From NCBI GenBank assembly GCA_012295275.1, contig CM022671.1, positions 11,780,001 to 11,844,000 on the forward strand: a stretch of DNA of 64,000 nucleotides, read 5' to 3'. The DNA is from Chrysomallon squamiferum (Eukaryota > Animalia > Mollusca). Positions 1 through 14,274 of the stretch are shown here, piece by piece. A program made the position numbers and the translations under genes. The notes beneath the pieces are model-generated. The model ran no database searches, had not been told where the DNA came from, and saw nothing but the letters and a program-made list of their open reading frames with translations. Position 1 is the stretch's first letter, and each line of letters opens with the position of its first letter.

Positions 1-1503
1 ACGGTGAATTGTGTGGTCCTCACTACGATAAAGTTTGGATAGACGGGTGTCGGACAGGAGGCGATAACTCTGACAAACCAAAACACCTGACAAAGGTAAA
101 TTGCTTCAAGAACAATAAATCAATATTACAGATGGATTCAGAATCAAACAAAGAAAACGGTAAAGAAATGGAGATTAACAAGGAATATGAACAAGTACTT
201 GTTATTCCATCATCAGTTTTAGACCCAAATGTGTTTGAGGTTTCAGCAGACAACAACTGTTTGAAAGTATTGGATAATAACAGTGACAAACACAGTGAAG
301 TGACAAGTGCACCAAGTCGACCTGGACCCGCTGTCCCCAAAAAGCCACCAAAACCTTTACCACATCCAAGAAGGAAAGCCTTTGCCACATCAAGCCTGCC
401 TGTACAGCAGACCTGTCACAGTGACGTATTAGCAGCAAAAGCTCAAACGTATCCTAAAAGCACTCCGTCATCTCGCCACTGGTCGTTTGAACCCAGCGCA
501 GGTGACAGCGCTGTGCTAGCAGCATGTGCAAGTTTAAATAGAGGGTGTGGTGTTGCAGGTTCAATAGATGATTGTAAATACAAAGATGACTGCCTGCCTC
601 ATGCTACTGACACACAGTCACTTACAGAAGAAGGGGACACTTTGTTTGTGTCAAACGGTAATTCTCAACTGTCTGCTTCACAAAGTGAATGCACAATGAG
701 AAAGTTTCATCGAAACAAAAGTGACAAGAAACAAAATGGTGATGGAGTTGAATTTCCTTGTGTTCAGGGAACTTATAGGAAAATCGGCAGTAGTGAGGTA
801 ATAGTGGATGAGTGTGTTAACCAGGATAAAGCTGACAGGATGTTTCCCTGTTCAGCTGATATGAAAGAATACGAAGAAGATTGTGTTGATGGAAATTTGT
901 TGTTAGTATATGGTGACCAGAACACAGCCAGTGAGTGCATACAAAACAATACATGTTCATCTTTACTAGACAATGTTTTGTTTTTTAAGGAGGATGAAGT
1001 AGAGGAGAGAGCTAAACCCTCTGTGTGTGTCTATGAGATGGAGGATAAACCAGTCATGAGAAATGTGAGCAAAAATGTAGAAGAGAAATTTCTTGATGAG
1101 GATCAAGTTGATGGTGAGTTTGAAACAAATGAGGAGACTTTTGAAAAAAACCACTCACGAGTTCCAAGTTATGAAAACTGGACGATTGACCGATGTGTTA
1201 CACTTCCACGTTTTGATGATTCTAATGAAAGTGAGGCTGGAGATGACGTGTACGACAATGTGAACGTTCAAGATTCTCCTCTGTCAACTGTACACAAATA
1301 TAATTCTTACAAAGGAAGCAAGGATTCTGGTTTGTGTGATGACCTGTCAGTGAGCGAGACACAGGCTGGAGGGGACAGTGCAACTGCACGTCATGTTCGT
1401 TATTCTGAATTCCCACCCCCACCCCAGTTACTCCTGAGAGACAACTCAGATGACAGTTCAGATTCTGATGACAGTGAGAGTAACAAACAGAGTGACAGTG
1501 GAT
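1..1503 (+). CDS. BCR: Large first-seen exon of the BCR-like gene (acidic, probably disordered N-terminal region)
   Basis: Frame is open from position 3 to donor GGAT|gtaagt at 1503/1504 (phase 1), matching the phase-1 acceptor tttcag|CG at 14603. Contains Pro-rich [21 protein letters not shown] and YENW/YDNV motifs. The link to the downstream exons rests on phase and orientation. Confidence 0.8.
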
Positions 1504-4500
1504 GTAAGTAATATATATACTTCATAATACTGCAAAGATATATACTACATTACAGTTATATATAATTTCCACACAAACATACATAAATATATTTTATCAA
1601 AGTACAAAGTTATTTACTTTAGAACATATAAAAAATATATATTTTATATTTATGTTTTACTAGTATTTACTATAAATAATGACGAAGAAAAAATGTGTCA
1701 GAAATTAATTATTCAAATGTGTATGAGTCAGTGTTGGGTCATAGATGTTCGTGTGTTTAGTAGCTGACTGTAGGGCTATATATATTCAACTTTACTCAGG
1801 TAATCTGAGTGTGCCTATCAGGTCAACAAGCTAATTAACACAGAAACTAATCAATCATATACACCTGACAGGTGTTTCTATTTTAATTAACTCATCCCTT
1901 ACATGTAATATGATATTCTGAAGTTTCCAGTTTAATCACATTTTCATTAGCATCTGTTTAACACATACACATGTGAATACAAATACAAATACATGTACAC
2001 GTACACAGTCATATTTAGTTACATACAAGCACACATAAATATACATACATGCAGATATCTTATATTCTTACATATACATAAAATGCAAACTCATGATCAC
2101 ATGAATATTGTATACACACATACCCATAGAAACAATTACATATATATGTGTGTCTGTGTCTGTGTTTTGTGCGTGTTATAAAATATGCATATGAACATGA
2201 ATTTGTTTGTATATGTATATGAGAGTAGATAAGATATCTGTCTGTCTATCTGTATGTATATATGTATGTGTGCACACACACACACACACACACACAGATT
2301 TCTGAATATGAAAACTAAGTTTGCAAACACTAGAGGTGACTATTAAGAAACTTCATCTTGGGGTGTTTTTGTTGCTAGCTAATAATAATGTAAACATGAT
2401 GTTAATGTTTATATACGTCAGATGTGTCATTGTTGTAATGGCTGGCGAGGAATGTCATTAAAAGGCACATTACTTTAATGAACATCAATATTTTCAAACA
2501 GCTGTGAGCTCACAGTTTGACTAGTTACACATACACCTTGAGTTTTTTTATTAACTTATTCAAATATTATTTATTGTTGTTTTTGAAAAATATATTGAAA
2601 TACATATATATATATGATTATAAAAAATATAATAATTCACAGTAATTACTTCAGTTAACATTCTAGACAAAAATAACATCACAACAATGATAAAAAATAA
2701 TAAATAACAAATTGTTTCTTGAGAAATTTTAAAGTTCCCTGAGTAATATTTAAATCAAATGCAGTAATAATATTCACCTGAATGATTAATTCTGAACTTC
2801 AAAGAGAAATGATACCATTGCAACCATGTATTTATTATGTTTGTTATGTCACAATATTTAAACAGTGGAAGATATGTTTATAAATTCATATTTTATAGCT
2901 GGTGTGTGTATTATATGCATGTTTATCTGAATATGCGCATCTACATTTGTGTTTATATGTATGTATGTATTTATGTGTATGTATGTTTGTGTATGTATTG
3001 TGTATGTGTGTATAAACCTGTGAATGTAAATATGTAGGCATATATATATATATGTGTAGGTATGTATGTTTATTTGTACTGATATATATATATATATATG
3101 CGTGTATGAATATGTTTTCAATGTATATGTGTATGCTTATATATGTTTTTTTAGATATACAAGTTTTATATAACCTAGGCATCTATGTGTTTTTGTTATT
3201 AAATACACAGTTTAGTTATGTAGATAAACGCTGTGTTTTACAAAGTGGTTGCTGAGTAAAGAAAGGTGAGCTGGCAGACATTCAAGGCTTGCTTTCATTT
3301 TAATCATGTGTCCTTGGGCAAGTGTCACAAATGTTTACTTCATTCAGCAGTAGGATTTCAGCCTCCATCTTCTCTTCCTACTTGTCATACAGGCAAATAT
3401 CTGGTGCTTTAACCTTATTTAATCAGATATTCAGTACATCATTTTATGATCAGGATGGTAAAGGAAAATTAACAGATATATTACTATAAATACCTACTAA
3501 TATGTATTATCATAATTTTCTATTTATTAATTTATTAATATTGATATGCAAGTTATTATTTATAATCCTCATCATTATTATATTCTGTTTCTACTGCTAC
3601 TACTATTACTACTAAACTGAAAATAAAAGCAAAACTTTTAATAAATTACTGCAATAAAAACTGGTCTTTAAAAGAACTAAAATTTAATCCTTTGGTCAAA
3701 CAGACTTTGTTTTTGAAGTGTACATGACTGAATTGTTTGTGTGTGAAACAGGGTCATTAACAGGAGCCTTTCATTGATTTCCAGCTGTTAATTTCAAACA
3801 TTTACACAGCAAATTACAGACATCAGTTTAAACCTGATGCATCATTTTTAAGTAGAATTCTTTGCATGAATTAACCTTTACATTCTGACATAGTGAATGA
3901 TAATTTGGAATGTGAAAGTATGTAAACAGAAACATCTCAGTCTTTGATTTTTGTTGGTAAACATGATGTACATGAAAACCTTTCATGTGTCATTTCCTTT
4001 AAATATGTACTTTTCTTGAGCTCTGTGGCCTGAAATACCTGAAACCTTCAAATACATTTTGTACGTGTATTTTATAAACAAAATAAAGATATACTGATAA
4101 TGACACACTAATGTCTTGTTAAAATTTCTATTCTTTAATAATATGTTAAATTAATAACATATTATTGTACAGTAATAAATATATTTCTATCCATTTACAT
4201 ATAAGTTTTATGTATATCAGCATGTGTTTCTGTGAATGTTAATGTGCCATTTTGTTGTGAGTATATCTATGTATGTGTATATAGGTATGTATATATATAT
4301 ACTGTGTACTTTATGTTAAGTGAACTTGTAAAAAACATGTGTAATAACAAATTATAATATTCAGTATTGTTTAAAAACAATATAGATGCATGTGCTTATC
4401 TAATTACAAGTTTATAAACTTGATACTGTGTTTAAATCCTCATGATACCAGATAAGTATTTAATATACAAACTAAATCCAGTAAACATGATGTGTAATCA

Positions 4501-7500
4501 CATTCACTGTTACACAAGTATGACAAACAATACATCTTCATTTTGATTAAACTCAGTTTGTTTTATGAATAAACAGATACAAGATGTCAGTAATAATAGT
4601 TTTTGAATCTCTTATATACACAGAATCATTACATACAACAACAGTGTTATCTTCTTTAAAATGACTTTATTTTGTAATTATAAAAATAGTTATTGTGCTG
4701 AAATTATTAATTGTTTTATTAAATGTTTAAATATTAAATATTAAGCTTTTAAAAAGATAATGTACAAAGTTAGATAATAAAGAAAAGTAAGTAGTTAAGA
4801 TTTTGTCTGTAGTAATCTTTCATGAAACAACAATGACAGAGGGTTTAATTATTGTTGTTACTTATTTTATTTATTTATTGTTTATATGTACACATACACA
4901 CACATGCATCATTTACAATTTTTAGCTTGTTAAAAAAACCCTGCTGATAAGATACTTTGTACTGGTATTTATAAAGACACTGTTGACAGGTCATGTGAAA
5001 AACCAGAGAAGACCACAAGAAAACTACAAGATGACACATTCATTATCAGTGATGCATTATCATTTCTGTGTGATTCATATTTTTTGTATCACTTACTCAA
5101 ACTTCCTTATTTCTTCTTTTATTTTTTTATAATTTATTTAATTTATTTTTTTAACTTTTAAAAAAAAATGATTTTAATTTTTTTTTTTTTAACTGTGTTA
5201 TATTTGTGAGATTATTATTATATTGGTTTTGGGAGGGTTTTAATTTTTTTTTTTTTGGATTGTTGAACTTCTAAGTGAAAGTGTGAAAACTTATTAAAAG
5301 ACTGAACTCACTCAGTATAAAACAAATAAATATAATTATTTGGATGTTCTATGAACCTGACAGTCTTCCTCCAACTACAACCAGGAAACTCATTTAGATT
5401 AACTACCAAGATAACCTTTCAACTGCAAACACATCATTTCATAATCACTATTTACAAGCTGTGGAAAACAGCTTTCCTCTTCTATAACTGTCAGTCGATT
5501 GTATTTTATTTATTACACTCTATTTCATTATGCATCCTGTTTTTTGTCCAGGTTTTGAGGTGCACTCAGAGGGAACTTTACATGTCATCTTTATTATTAT
5601 AATATATAGCTTTCACTAAGAAACTGCACATTGTTAAAAGAAAAAAACCATGAATGCTCTAAAAATTAACATTTCAGATTTTTTAATTTATCCCATCTAA
5701 ATGCGTATCATCATCTAGATCCTTTCACTTTGATTAATTTGGCATAAAAACTGTTTTTGAAGTAGCAGTAGAAGTGAAGTTATGAATTTTCAAAGATTTT
5801 AATGAGTTTTTTGTCCAGTGCAGATGAATGATTTTACAAAATTTGGCTTCACGTGTCAGTGTAAAGAGTAAAAAAAAAAGTTAGACTGGTATGTAGTACT
5901 GTGTGGTAATATGTAGTACTATGTTATGAAATAAACTTTGTCAGTGACAATCTTGTTTCAGGAGAAACCCTAAAAAACCTAGTTTTCTTCAAAATAGCAA
6001 GTGTATGCAAATGGCACTAAAAAATTAATAACTTTGAAATTAAAACTGAAATCATGATTAAAAATATCTTCATTTCTAGTTAGTTGTGAACCTTGTAATT
6101 TCCAATATTACTTTTGAATATCTAATAATATTTACTCTAAAAACTACTTCATCATAAAGATCTATCACTAGACTTGTTTTTTATTTCAAGGCCACATACC
6201 ATGTGTTCTAATAATATTTTTCTGTTTTAGTTTTTGTTATTTTTTTTGGCAAAATATTTTATGTATATATGTTTATAGCATGGACTATATTTTTATTACA
6301 GAAATGTTTTATTTATTTATACATAGCCTTGCATAAGTATTCTTTTAATTTTAGAACAAAATTTTTAAAACTGTTTTATTCTTTTTGAACCTACATCTTT
6401 CACAAACTATCATCAACTTGTAACTGCATTTCCTAATGTTTCAGTAATTTTCTTCTGGTTTTCTTCTTCTTTTTTTTTGTGAACCATTAATTGGTTTTAG
6501 AAGAATGGAATTCAAAGTAGAATTAATTTTAGTCTGAAATTACTAAATGATTTTTTTCCAAAATTTATGTCAAAGGTTTATCAATGTCTTTGGGAGTAAA
6601 AAAAAAAAAAAATAATAATAATAATAAAAAAATAAAAAATAAAATAAAATAAGCAGGTGACATTGCCAACTTGCATTCAAATATATGTCTTATATGTGTA
6701 AGTGTATTTCAGATCTGATAATGGATAACATTCAAATATCTGTCTTATATGTGTAAGTGTATTTCAGATCTGAACATTCAAATATCTGTCTTATATGTGT
6801 AAGAGTATTTCAGATCTGATAATGGATAACATTCAAATATATGTCTTATATGTGTAAGTTTATTTCAGATCTGATGATGGATAACATTCAAATATCTGTC
6901 TTATATGTGTAAGTGTATTTCAGATCTGATGATGGATAACATTCAAATATCTGTCTTATATGTGTAAGTGTATTTCAGATCTGATAATGGATAACATTCA
7001 AATATCTGTCTTATATGTATAAGTGTATTTCAGATCTGATAATGGATAACATTCAAATATCTGTCTTATATGTGTAAGTGTATTTCAGATCTGATAATGG
7101 ATAACATTCAAATTTATTTTTGCTTCCTCAATTTCAGCTAGGTAATTCTTTGCCATATTTAGAAACACTATTCATTTATTCACTGAATATTTATTTATTA
7201 TTCTGTTGATTTTCTAAATAAGCTGTAGCTTTGTCGGTTTGAATTGATACATGCAGTAAAGACTTGTAATTATTTATAGAGATGGTGTCACAGTTTGATT
7301 AAAGAGAACATCAAAATGGTGCTATTTACATGTGTACATCCTAGCAGGTCAGGTGAAGTGTCTGTGTCAGGTATCAAAGTAGATTTAGTGTGTGGGTGGC
7401 TTAATCATTCGAGTTTACTATTTTTTAATTAAAATTATATTTACTAATTTTAGTCTCCAGTTTACTTATAAAATTTTATAAAATTATGTGTTTGTTGAAA

Positions 7501-10500
7501 CAGAACATTTTAGAAAAATATTATAAGGCAGAAACCTATAAACCTTAAATGCTGTCAGTTTTATAATTAAAATATTTTTTTTAAAATTAAAAAATTTAAC
7601 ATTTAATATAAGAAAAATATAATTTTGGTTTTGTGTATTAAAGAATTAGTTGTGTGTTTGTTTTCAGAACTGCAGAAAGGAGATTACAGTGTTAGCTATA
7701 TTATACAATTTATATGTTTCTTTCCAAATGAATGAATAATAATCATAATACACAAAATAAAGCTTAAAAATTAAAAAAATTACTTTTGTTTAAATTTAAA
7801 AATACACAAATTAAAACCAGCATTAAAATAATTACTGGCAGTTCTGTCTTTCTGTTAGCATTTCTAGAAAACTTCATTCCATTAAAATACATCAACTCAA
7901 ATATTAACCATAATTACAAATAACTATAAAATTACATGAAAAAAAGTCAAAAGACAAAATGTGTTTAATGAAACTGAAATTTTGTCAATACTATTAAATG
8001 AAATGAAATATTAAGTTATTCAGATTTTCTTTTATAAATCTGTTACACAAATTTCCATTAAAAAATTGCATTCAACTTGAACAATTTGCAAATTTAAAAA
8101 AGAAAAATATATTGCATATATTCAAAAAGTTGTAAATTAAAGGGCAACATAGTTGACTTCTTTTATCTTAATGCATAAGAAAAGATTCCTTGCTGCTAAT
8201 AAATAAAAGTAGTCCTCGAAGAGACGACAGCAGTTTTTTTTCCTCTGCCTGCAAACAAAAACAATAATTAAAAATCACTGACACAGATACGGATGGTTAT
8301 TAAACTATAGGTTGTTAAACATCCATTTTCTTCATGTCCACAAAGTTTCTGTGTAAAGAAGCAAAAGGGTGTGACTATGACTTGTAAGAAAACCTAATTA
8401 CTGGGTGTGTCTGAATGTACAGCCTTCTATTGTGTGAACATTGATCTTCCTCTTTGTGACAGACAGGTATTCACTGAAACAAATTAATCCACAGTTTTAA
8501 ATCTGTTCTTGTTGTTTTTATAATTATTATTATTACTATTATTATCATTACCAATAATCTTATCATCGTCATCATCATCAATATTATTATCATTATTTAA
8601 TTAATTCAGTATTATTATTTAATTAATTGTCAGTCATTTTCAGTATCAAAGTTGATAACAAAACTATTGAAATAAAATTTTGTTGTATGTTCATTAAGTT
8701 TTTTTTTGTTTTGAAGGCACTACATTTATGAAAATATATATGAGTCACTGTCCTTGATAACCTTTTCATTACATTTACAGTGTGTGTAAGTGAAAGTGTT
8801 TAAGTAGCACAAACACACACACACACACAGGTAAATAAATGTGTCTATATTACAATGAGTGGGAGTCTAATAAAAAGTTAAAAAACGTGAATTGCACCCA
8901 GTTCTTTTTATAAAATGATATCTAGGAGTTACCCATCTGTAATTAATACTGTGTGCTAGTTCTCCCTTTAGGTAAATGTTTTAAAAATAACAAAGCACCA
9001 CCCATTTACCACATGTTCCATGTTATTGTTTTTCATCCTGGCAGAGACCAGTGTATTAAAGCACACCCAACCGTCCATGAGTGAAGAGAAAGTGACAGTC
9101 AGTTTGTAGAAATAAGTGTGTATGTTGGTGTAAGTAAACTGGTTTAGTTTTCTCAGCCAGCCATCTTGTCCACTCAGTACACTTCAGTTTGACCCCAGCG
9201 TCTGCCAGGAGGGCTCAGATAATAACACACAGTCTGTTCTTCAGCCTCCTCTTTCATAATCACTGCTTAGTGCAGTGTGTTGATACCTGTAGTTCTTGAG
9301 TGCACTACACTGTGTTCAAAGTGATGTCTTCAAAGTAAGGGCAGATGTTAAATATTCATTCACGATTGCTACCTGTAGTTCTGTTCATTACTATTGATTA
9401 CTGTTGATTACTTGTTCTGCAGATTATTGATACTATTGATTACTTACTTTTTTACCCATAAACTTCCTGAAACATGGTTCTTTCTGTATCAGGTAAGTCA
9501 GTTTTTATTTTATTTTATGATCAAGAATTTTATTTAAAAATTTAGAAAGTTTGGCTAATTGTTTTTTCAAAATGTAAATTTTATAATTAATTTTAAATGA
9601 ATTAGAAAAGTTCATTGTATTATCTAACAACTAGTCATTACCAAGGTTGATTTATTTCTAATATAAATATTCAGTAAATCTTTTAATATAACAAGGACAA
9701 ACTTACTAATATCTGTACTTATGTATAAATACAAATATGATGTAAATCAAACAAACACATTTTGAAGCTTTTCTTTTTTATAATAATAAATGAATAAATA
9801 AAACTGAATAAATTTATACTACAGTTTACTGGTAACTTCATTCTCAGTGTTCATAGCAATCAAAATAAATCTCAAAATATGTCTGGGTTTTTGAATTAGG
9901 AACACAGTGTTCATATAAATTGCATAACTTTCTCTAATTTTCCAGACATTTGGTAAATGAGATAAAATAAAGTCAGTTCTACAGGGTAACCAGTTGAGGA
10001 GAGTTTTGTTCCATGCAGCTGATTATCAAACACCATTGTGTATGATTTACTTTACAAAATACATGTAAAAGTTATTTTGCAACTTTCTTGTAAAATTTAA
10101 TGTAGCCTTTGTAGTGGAGAAATTAATATATTGATTGGTATAGATGTAATATTATTATTATTTTTAAATGTTTTAGAATAGGTTTACTTTTTCATAACAT
10201 CATTTTATAAAAGTCATACTTGATATATAAATCAGATAAAATTTTATAAAGTCATGTATAACTATATGTAGTATCATAATGATTATAAAACATGCATCTG
10301 AGATGTAACTTCATTATGAAAAACACATCTCTGATAGTAACATCAATACCTATATAATATATATTTATAAAACATGTTTTATTATATAAAAGCTGTATGT
10401 TTGATATTAGTAAGAGTTAGTGTGTGGAATCTGTTGATGTATAAAACATGTTACAGGAGAAGCTGTATTTACCATTGATTAGATGTTTATTAAAAGTAGG

Positions 10501-10645
10501 CTGTGCATGTAATATTGGTAATAAAAACGCATTCCATTACATCACACAGCCTGGATTAAACAAAACATGTAACAGGTGTTCATTATATTAGCTAATATTT
10601 CAATATCCCTTTAGAATACATACATACATACATATATTCATAATA

Positions 10646-10683
<38 letters not shown>

Positions 10684-12556
10684 TGTTTATACCATTGTAT
10701 TTTATCATTATATTCTAGTTCTTGTTTATGTAACTTAGATAAGTATACACTGTTGACAATATTTAGCTGTAAAAATTTTATTTTAATGTATATCTGTAAT
10801 ATTTGGTTTTAAAATTAGCAACATTATCCTGAAAATATGAAAGGTTAAGCTTTGGTAAAAATAAAATCATAATTAATAGATCACAGTGTATATTCCTTAA
10901 ACAGTTTTTGAAGATTTGTAAATTTTAATTTTTTTATATTTGTTATCTTTATGCTTATAGTTAGTGAGGTATGTGATTTTGAAATTAAAAGAAGGAATTG
11001 ACTGTACCAGTGTGGTTAGAGCTGTAATGAGACACACGAGACACTGGGATCAAACCTCCCCTGTCTCACCCAGGATTATTTTCTATTTCAGTCTAGGTTT
11101 ATCAAAAACAATGGATTTAATATCCTCAGTTGGTAGGTGCACATAAAAGATTACTTGCTGCTGTTTATAAGAATAGTCCTAAATCTGTAGCAGTATGTTT
11201 TCTTCTGATATCATTACTTAACAAATTAACTATTTAAATAATTAACATTAAATAAATACCTAATAACCATAGCAATAATGTTTGTTGTAAATAATGGTTC
11301 ATTTGTTGGTTCTTTGGGGTACATTTACAGATTAACAACAAAAGATCTTTTATCTACTCCTTCCTGCAGACAGGAACAAAATATAGCATTGTGTTAGTAA
11401 AGTGCTTTAAGGATCAAGTCTACATCTCAAGAATATTTTTTTATTATTCTCAATATCTTTAATATAAACAATTCACTTATTAACAAAACTGTTAAATTTA
11501 TCGAAGGAAGTGAAAAGATGTATGGTGTGTTTGAAACAAACCTCAGTTTCACTGTTTCTCACGGTAAGGAGGAATCATATTGCTGTACAATTCACACGTT
11601 AAAAAAACTTAGTTTTTTTACTATTACCGGATGTGTAGGGTTGTTTGTAAGAATAAAGATGGAGTTTGGCTGGTGTTTTGAAATGCGTGGGTTGCTGTTA
11701 TAGGCAAGGACCAAACTCTTCATCAAACTTCAATAAAGCTTTTCTTTTCTCTCAGCTTCCGCAATTAATTATGAGTCATTCTTCTTAAGTTTGTACTGCT
11801 TCCTGTCACTTCTCCAATATACATTTGTAAATGTTTAATTTGTTATTTATTGTTGGCAATGACTCGATTACAAGGTTTGTAAACATTGCTGGTCTTTTAA
11901 TTTTATTTGCTTTCAAAAAGGTTTTATTGGTTGACTTACTTTATTTGTATTTCTGTTATTTATTTATTTATTTGTTTTGTTTTTTTATATCATTTAATTC
12001 TTTTTATTTCATTTCATTTATTTATTTTATTTTATTTTATTTTATTTTTTATTAAATATATATATGCCAGAATGTTGGTTGGGAGAGGGGATATTTTATT
12101 TAATTTAGATTTAATTTCAGATTTTATTACTTACATTAAGAAATCTCTGATGAATGTAAAATATGTAATATGATACAAGTCTCTTCACATACAGTTTGTC
12201 TTGTTATTTCAGAAAATCACAATACAAACTCTAAATCTGCATTTTTTTTTTTTATCTAGTACAGATCTGTACTATCATTGAACAGACCTGTATTGATGAC
12301 ACAATTAAATTCTGGCTTGGCAAGGATTAAAGATAATCATACTGCCTTTCTGTGTGCAGAAATCTGTAGCTCTGACTGACTGCACATGACCAGGGTGTCA
12401 CAGTTCACGTTCTGCAGAGCAGACGAGTTTGAAAACAGCGGTGTGCATGAAAACTCAGTTAAAAACAATTAAAAAGGTGTTTGTAATAAGACAGAATCAA
12501 GACCATTTGGAATTTGTTGAAAAATTTTTCAAAGAATAATAAAAATGACATTGATG

Positions 12557-12607
<51 letters not shown>

Positions 12608-13666
12608 GCAATAGCAATAATAATAATGATAATAATAAAACCCACAAAAACACCAATGTGACCAAGCAGAAACAAAGCGTGACAAAAATGATAAAATAAG
12701 ACGTATCAGTGTAAAACAAACTGTACATGACAGATACTCTATGTCAATGGGTAAACACAGCAGGTAACTGCAAGTATTGTGCTATTGTTGAACTCATTTA
12801 GGTATAATCTTTATTTATCTATAAAAAATAAAATAGTAAAGATTTGTCAGAATTATAATACAGCTTAGTAATGTTAAGCTGACATTATTTCAATTCAGTT
12901 GTTATTTATAACATTTACCCAACACCTTTATATCTTCCACCTCATGAATTTTAACATGGTGAGTCATATTTTGATAAAAATGAAGGTCATAAAACTCACA
13001 TTTGTTTTGTATTCTTCATATCAGTAAACATCAAAGTAAATGACGTTTAAAATATTTTGTATTTTTGTCACCATGATGGGAGTTTTGATATCATACTTGG
13101 ATTTCTTTTTATCTCATTAACATTTTATTACCCTTTCAGTTTTTTTGTATTCTGAGAACTTGTTTATTTTTATATTTTTTTATTTGCTGAATTAATTTCT
13201 TTATGCAGTAAAAATGCGGAACAGGGAAAAAATTTGGGGCAGGGCAGCCATCATTTTAAAAAATTAACATAAAGTAACATTTTTAAATATGCCTGTTTTA
13301 AATTTTATTCACCAAAGTAGCTACTAAATAATGTTTCTCAGTGTTATCTGGTTCCAACTTGTTCTCTTATTTATCAAAGTCACTTTTGTATGTTTTGTAT
13401 GAGAGGATTTATATAAAAAACAAATATCTTGTTACTAACTGAAGAATGGATCAGGAACTGCACATTGTTTTCCTCATGTTGTCTGTGAATGTCTGACTGA
13501 GGCCCAGTGATAAGGAATATTAAAATGTTAAATAACATAATAGCCATCCGTTTGTCTTTTCAGTTATCTACTTCTGTCCATCTGTGCATCCATCCATCCA
13601 TCAAAAAATGCTTTATTTGTCTGTTCTTTCTGTTTACTTATTTTAATCTATCTAATTCATGATCCA

Positions 13667-13716
<50 letters not shown>

Positions 13717-14235
13717 TTTATAAGCCTAATTGTTTTTGTTGTTTTTGACGGAACATCACTTTCAGTTGTCTTCTCTGTAACATATCTGGCTTTATTTATT
13801 TATTAATTTAATTAATTAATTTATTTAGTTTATCTTGATCTGCATTTGACACAGAATGTGTTTGGAATCTGTGGGTGAATCACAGAAAAAAAATGTAGCA
13901 AACAGCAGAACTTTTCCTCCCAATTAGAATACACAACTTCAGTAATGTCAGTTAAATGTCAAAAGTTAAAACTGAGAGTTTTGTTGTTTCTAATTCTTGT
14001 TCTGATGTCATCACTTTGATGCAATTCTAAATCTCAAAATATTTTAATGGTGGCTTTCTTTTTTTTTATAAATATTTCTTATACACTGTGATAAACATTT
14101 CACTGTGTTCTAGAATACATTCTTTTAATTTTAATGTTTTTAATTTTGGAATTTACATGATTAACAACCAGAATATTAAAGATTTAATATTCATATAATT
14201 CTTGATTGTTGTCATGTATAATGATGATGATGATG

Positions 14236-14274
<39 letters not shown>

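Noticed and set aside
1993-3255. Cluster of short ORFs (YIYI/CVCV-rich) on both strands
   Set aside because: Translations of TA/CA/TG low-complexity intron sequence, with no splice-consistent link or homology.
3262-3330. aaaggtgagctggcaga...gtgtccttgggcaagtgtc, reminiscent of SINE head/core words; also a strong AAG|gtgagc donor
   Set aside because: Too short and degenerate to call, no second copy in the window, and no in-frame ATG before the donor.
12459-12728. Poly-Asn/Leu/Tyr ORFs
   Set aside because: Artefacts of the (AAT)n microsatellite.
12944-12958. ATG AAT TTT AAC ATG|gtgagt mini-exon with a consensus donor
   Set aside because: Phase 0, incompatible with exon 14603; it would have to skip to 16491, and nothing else supports it.
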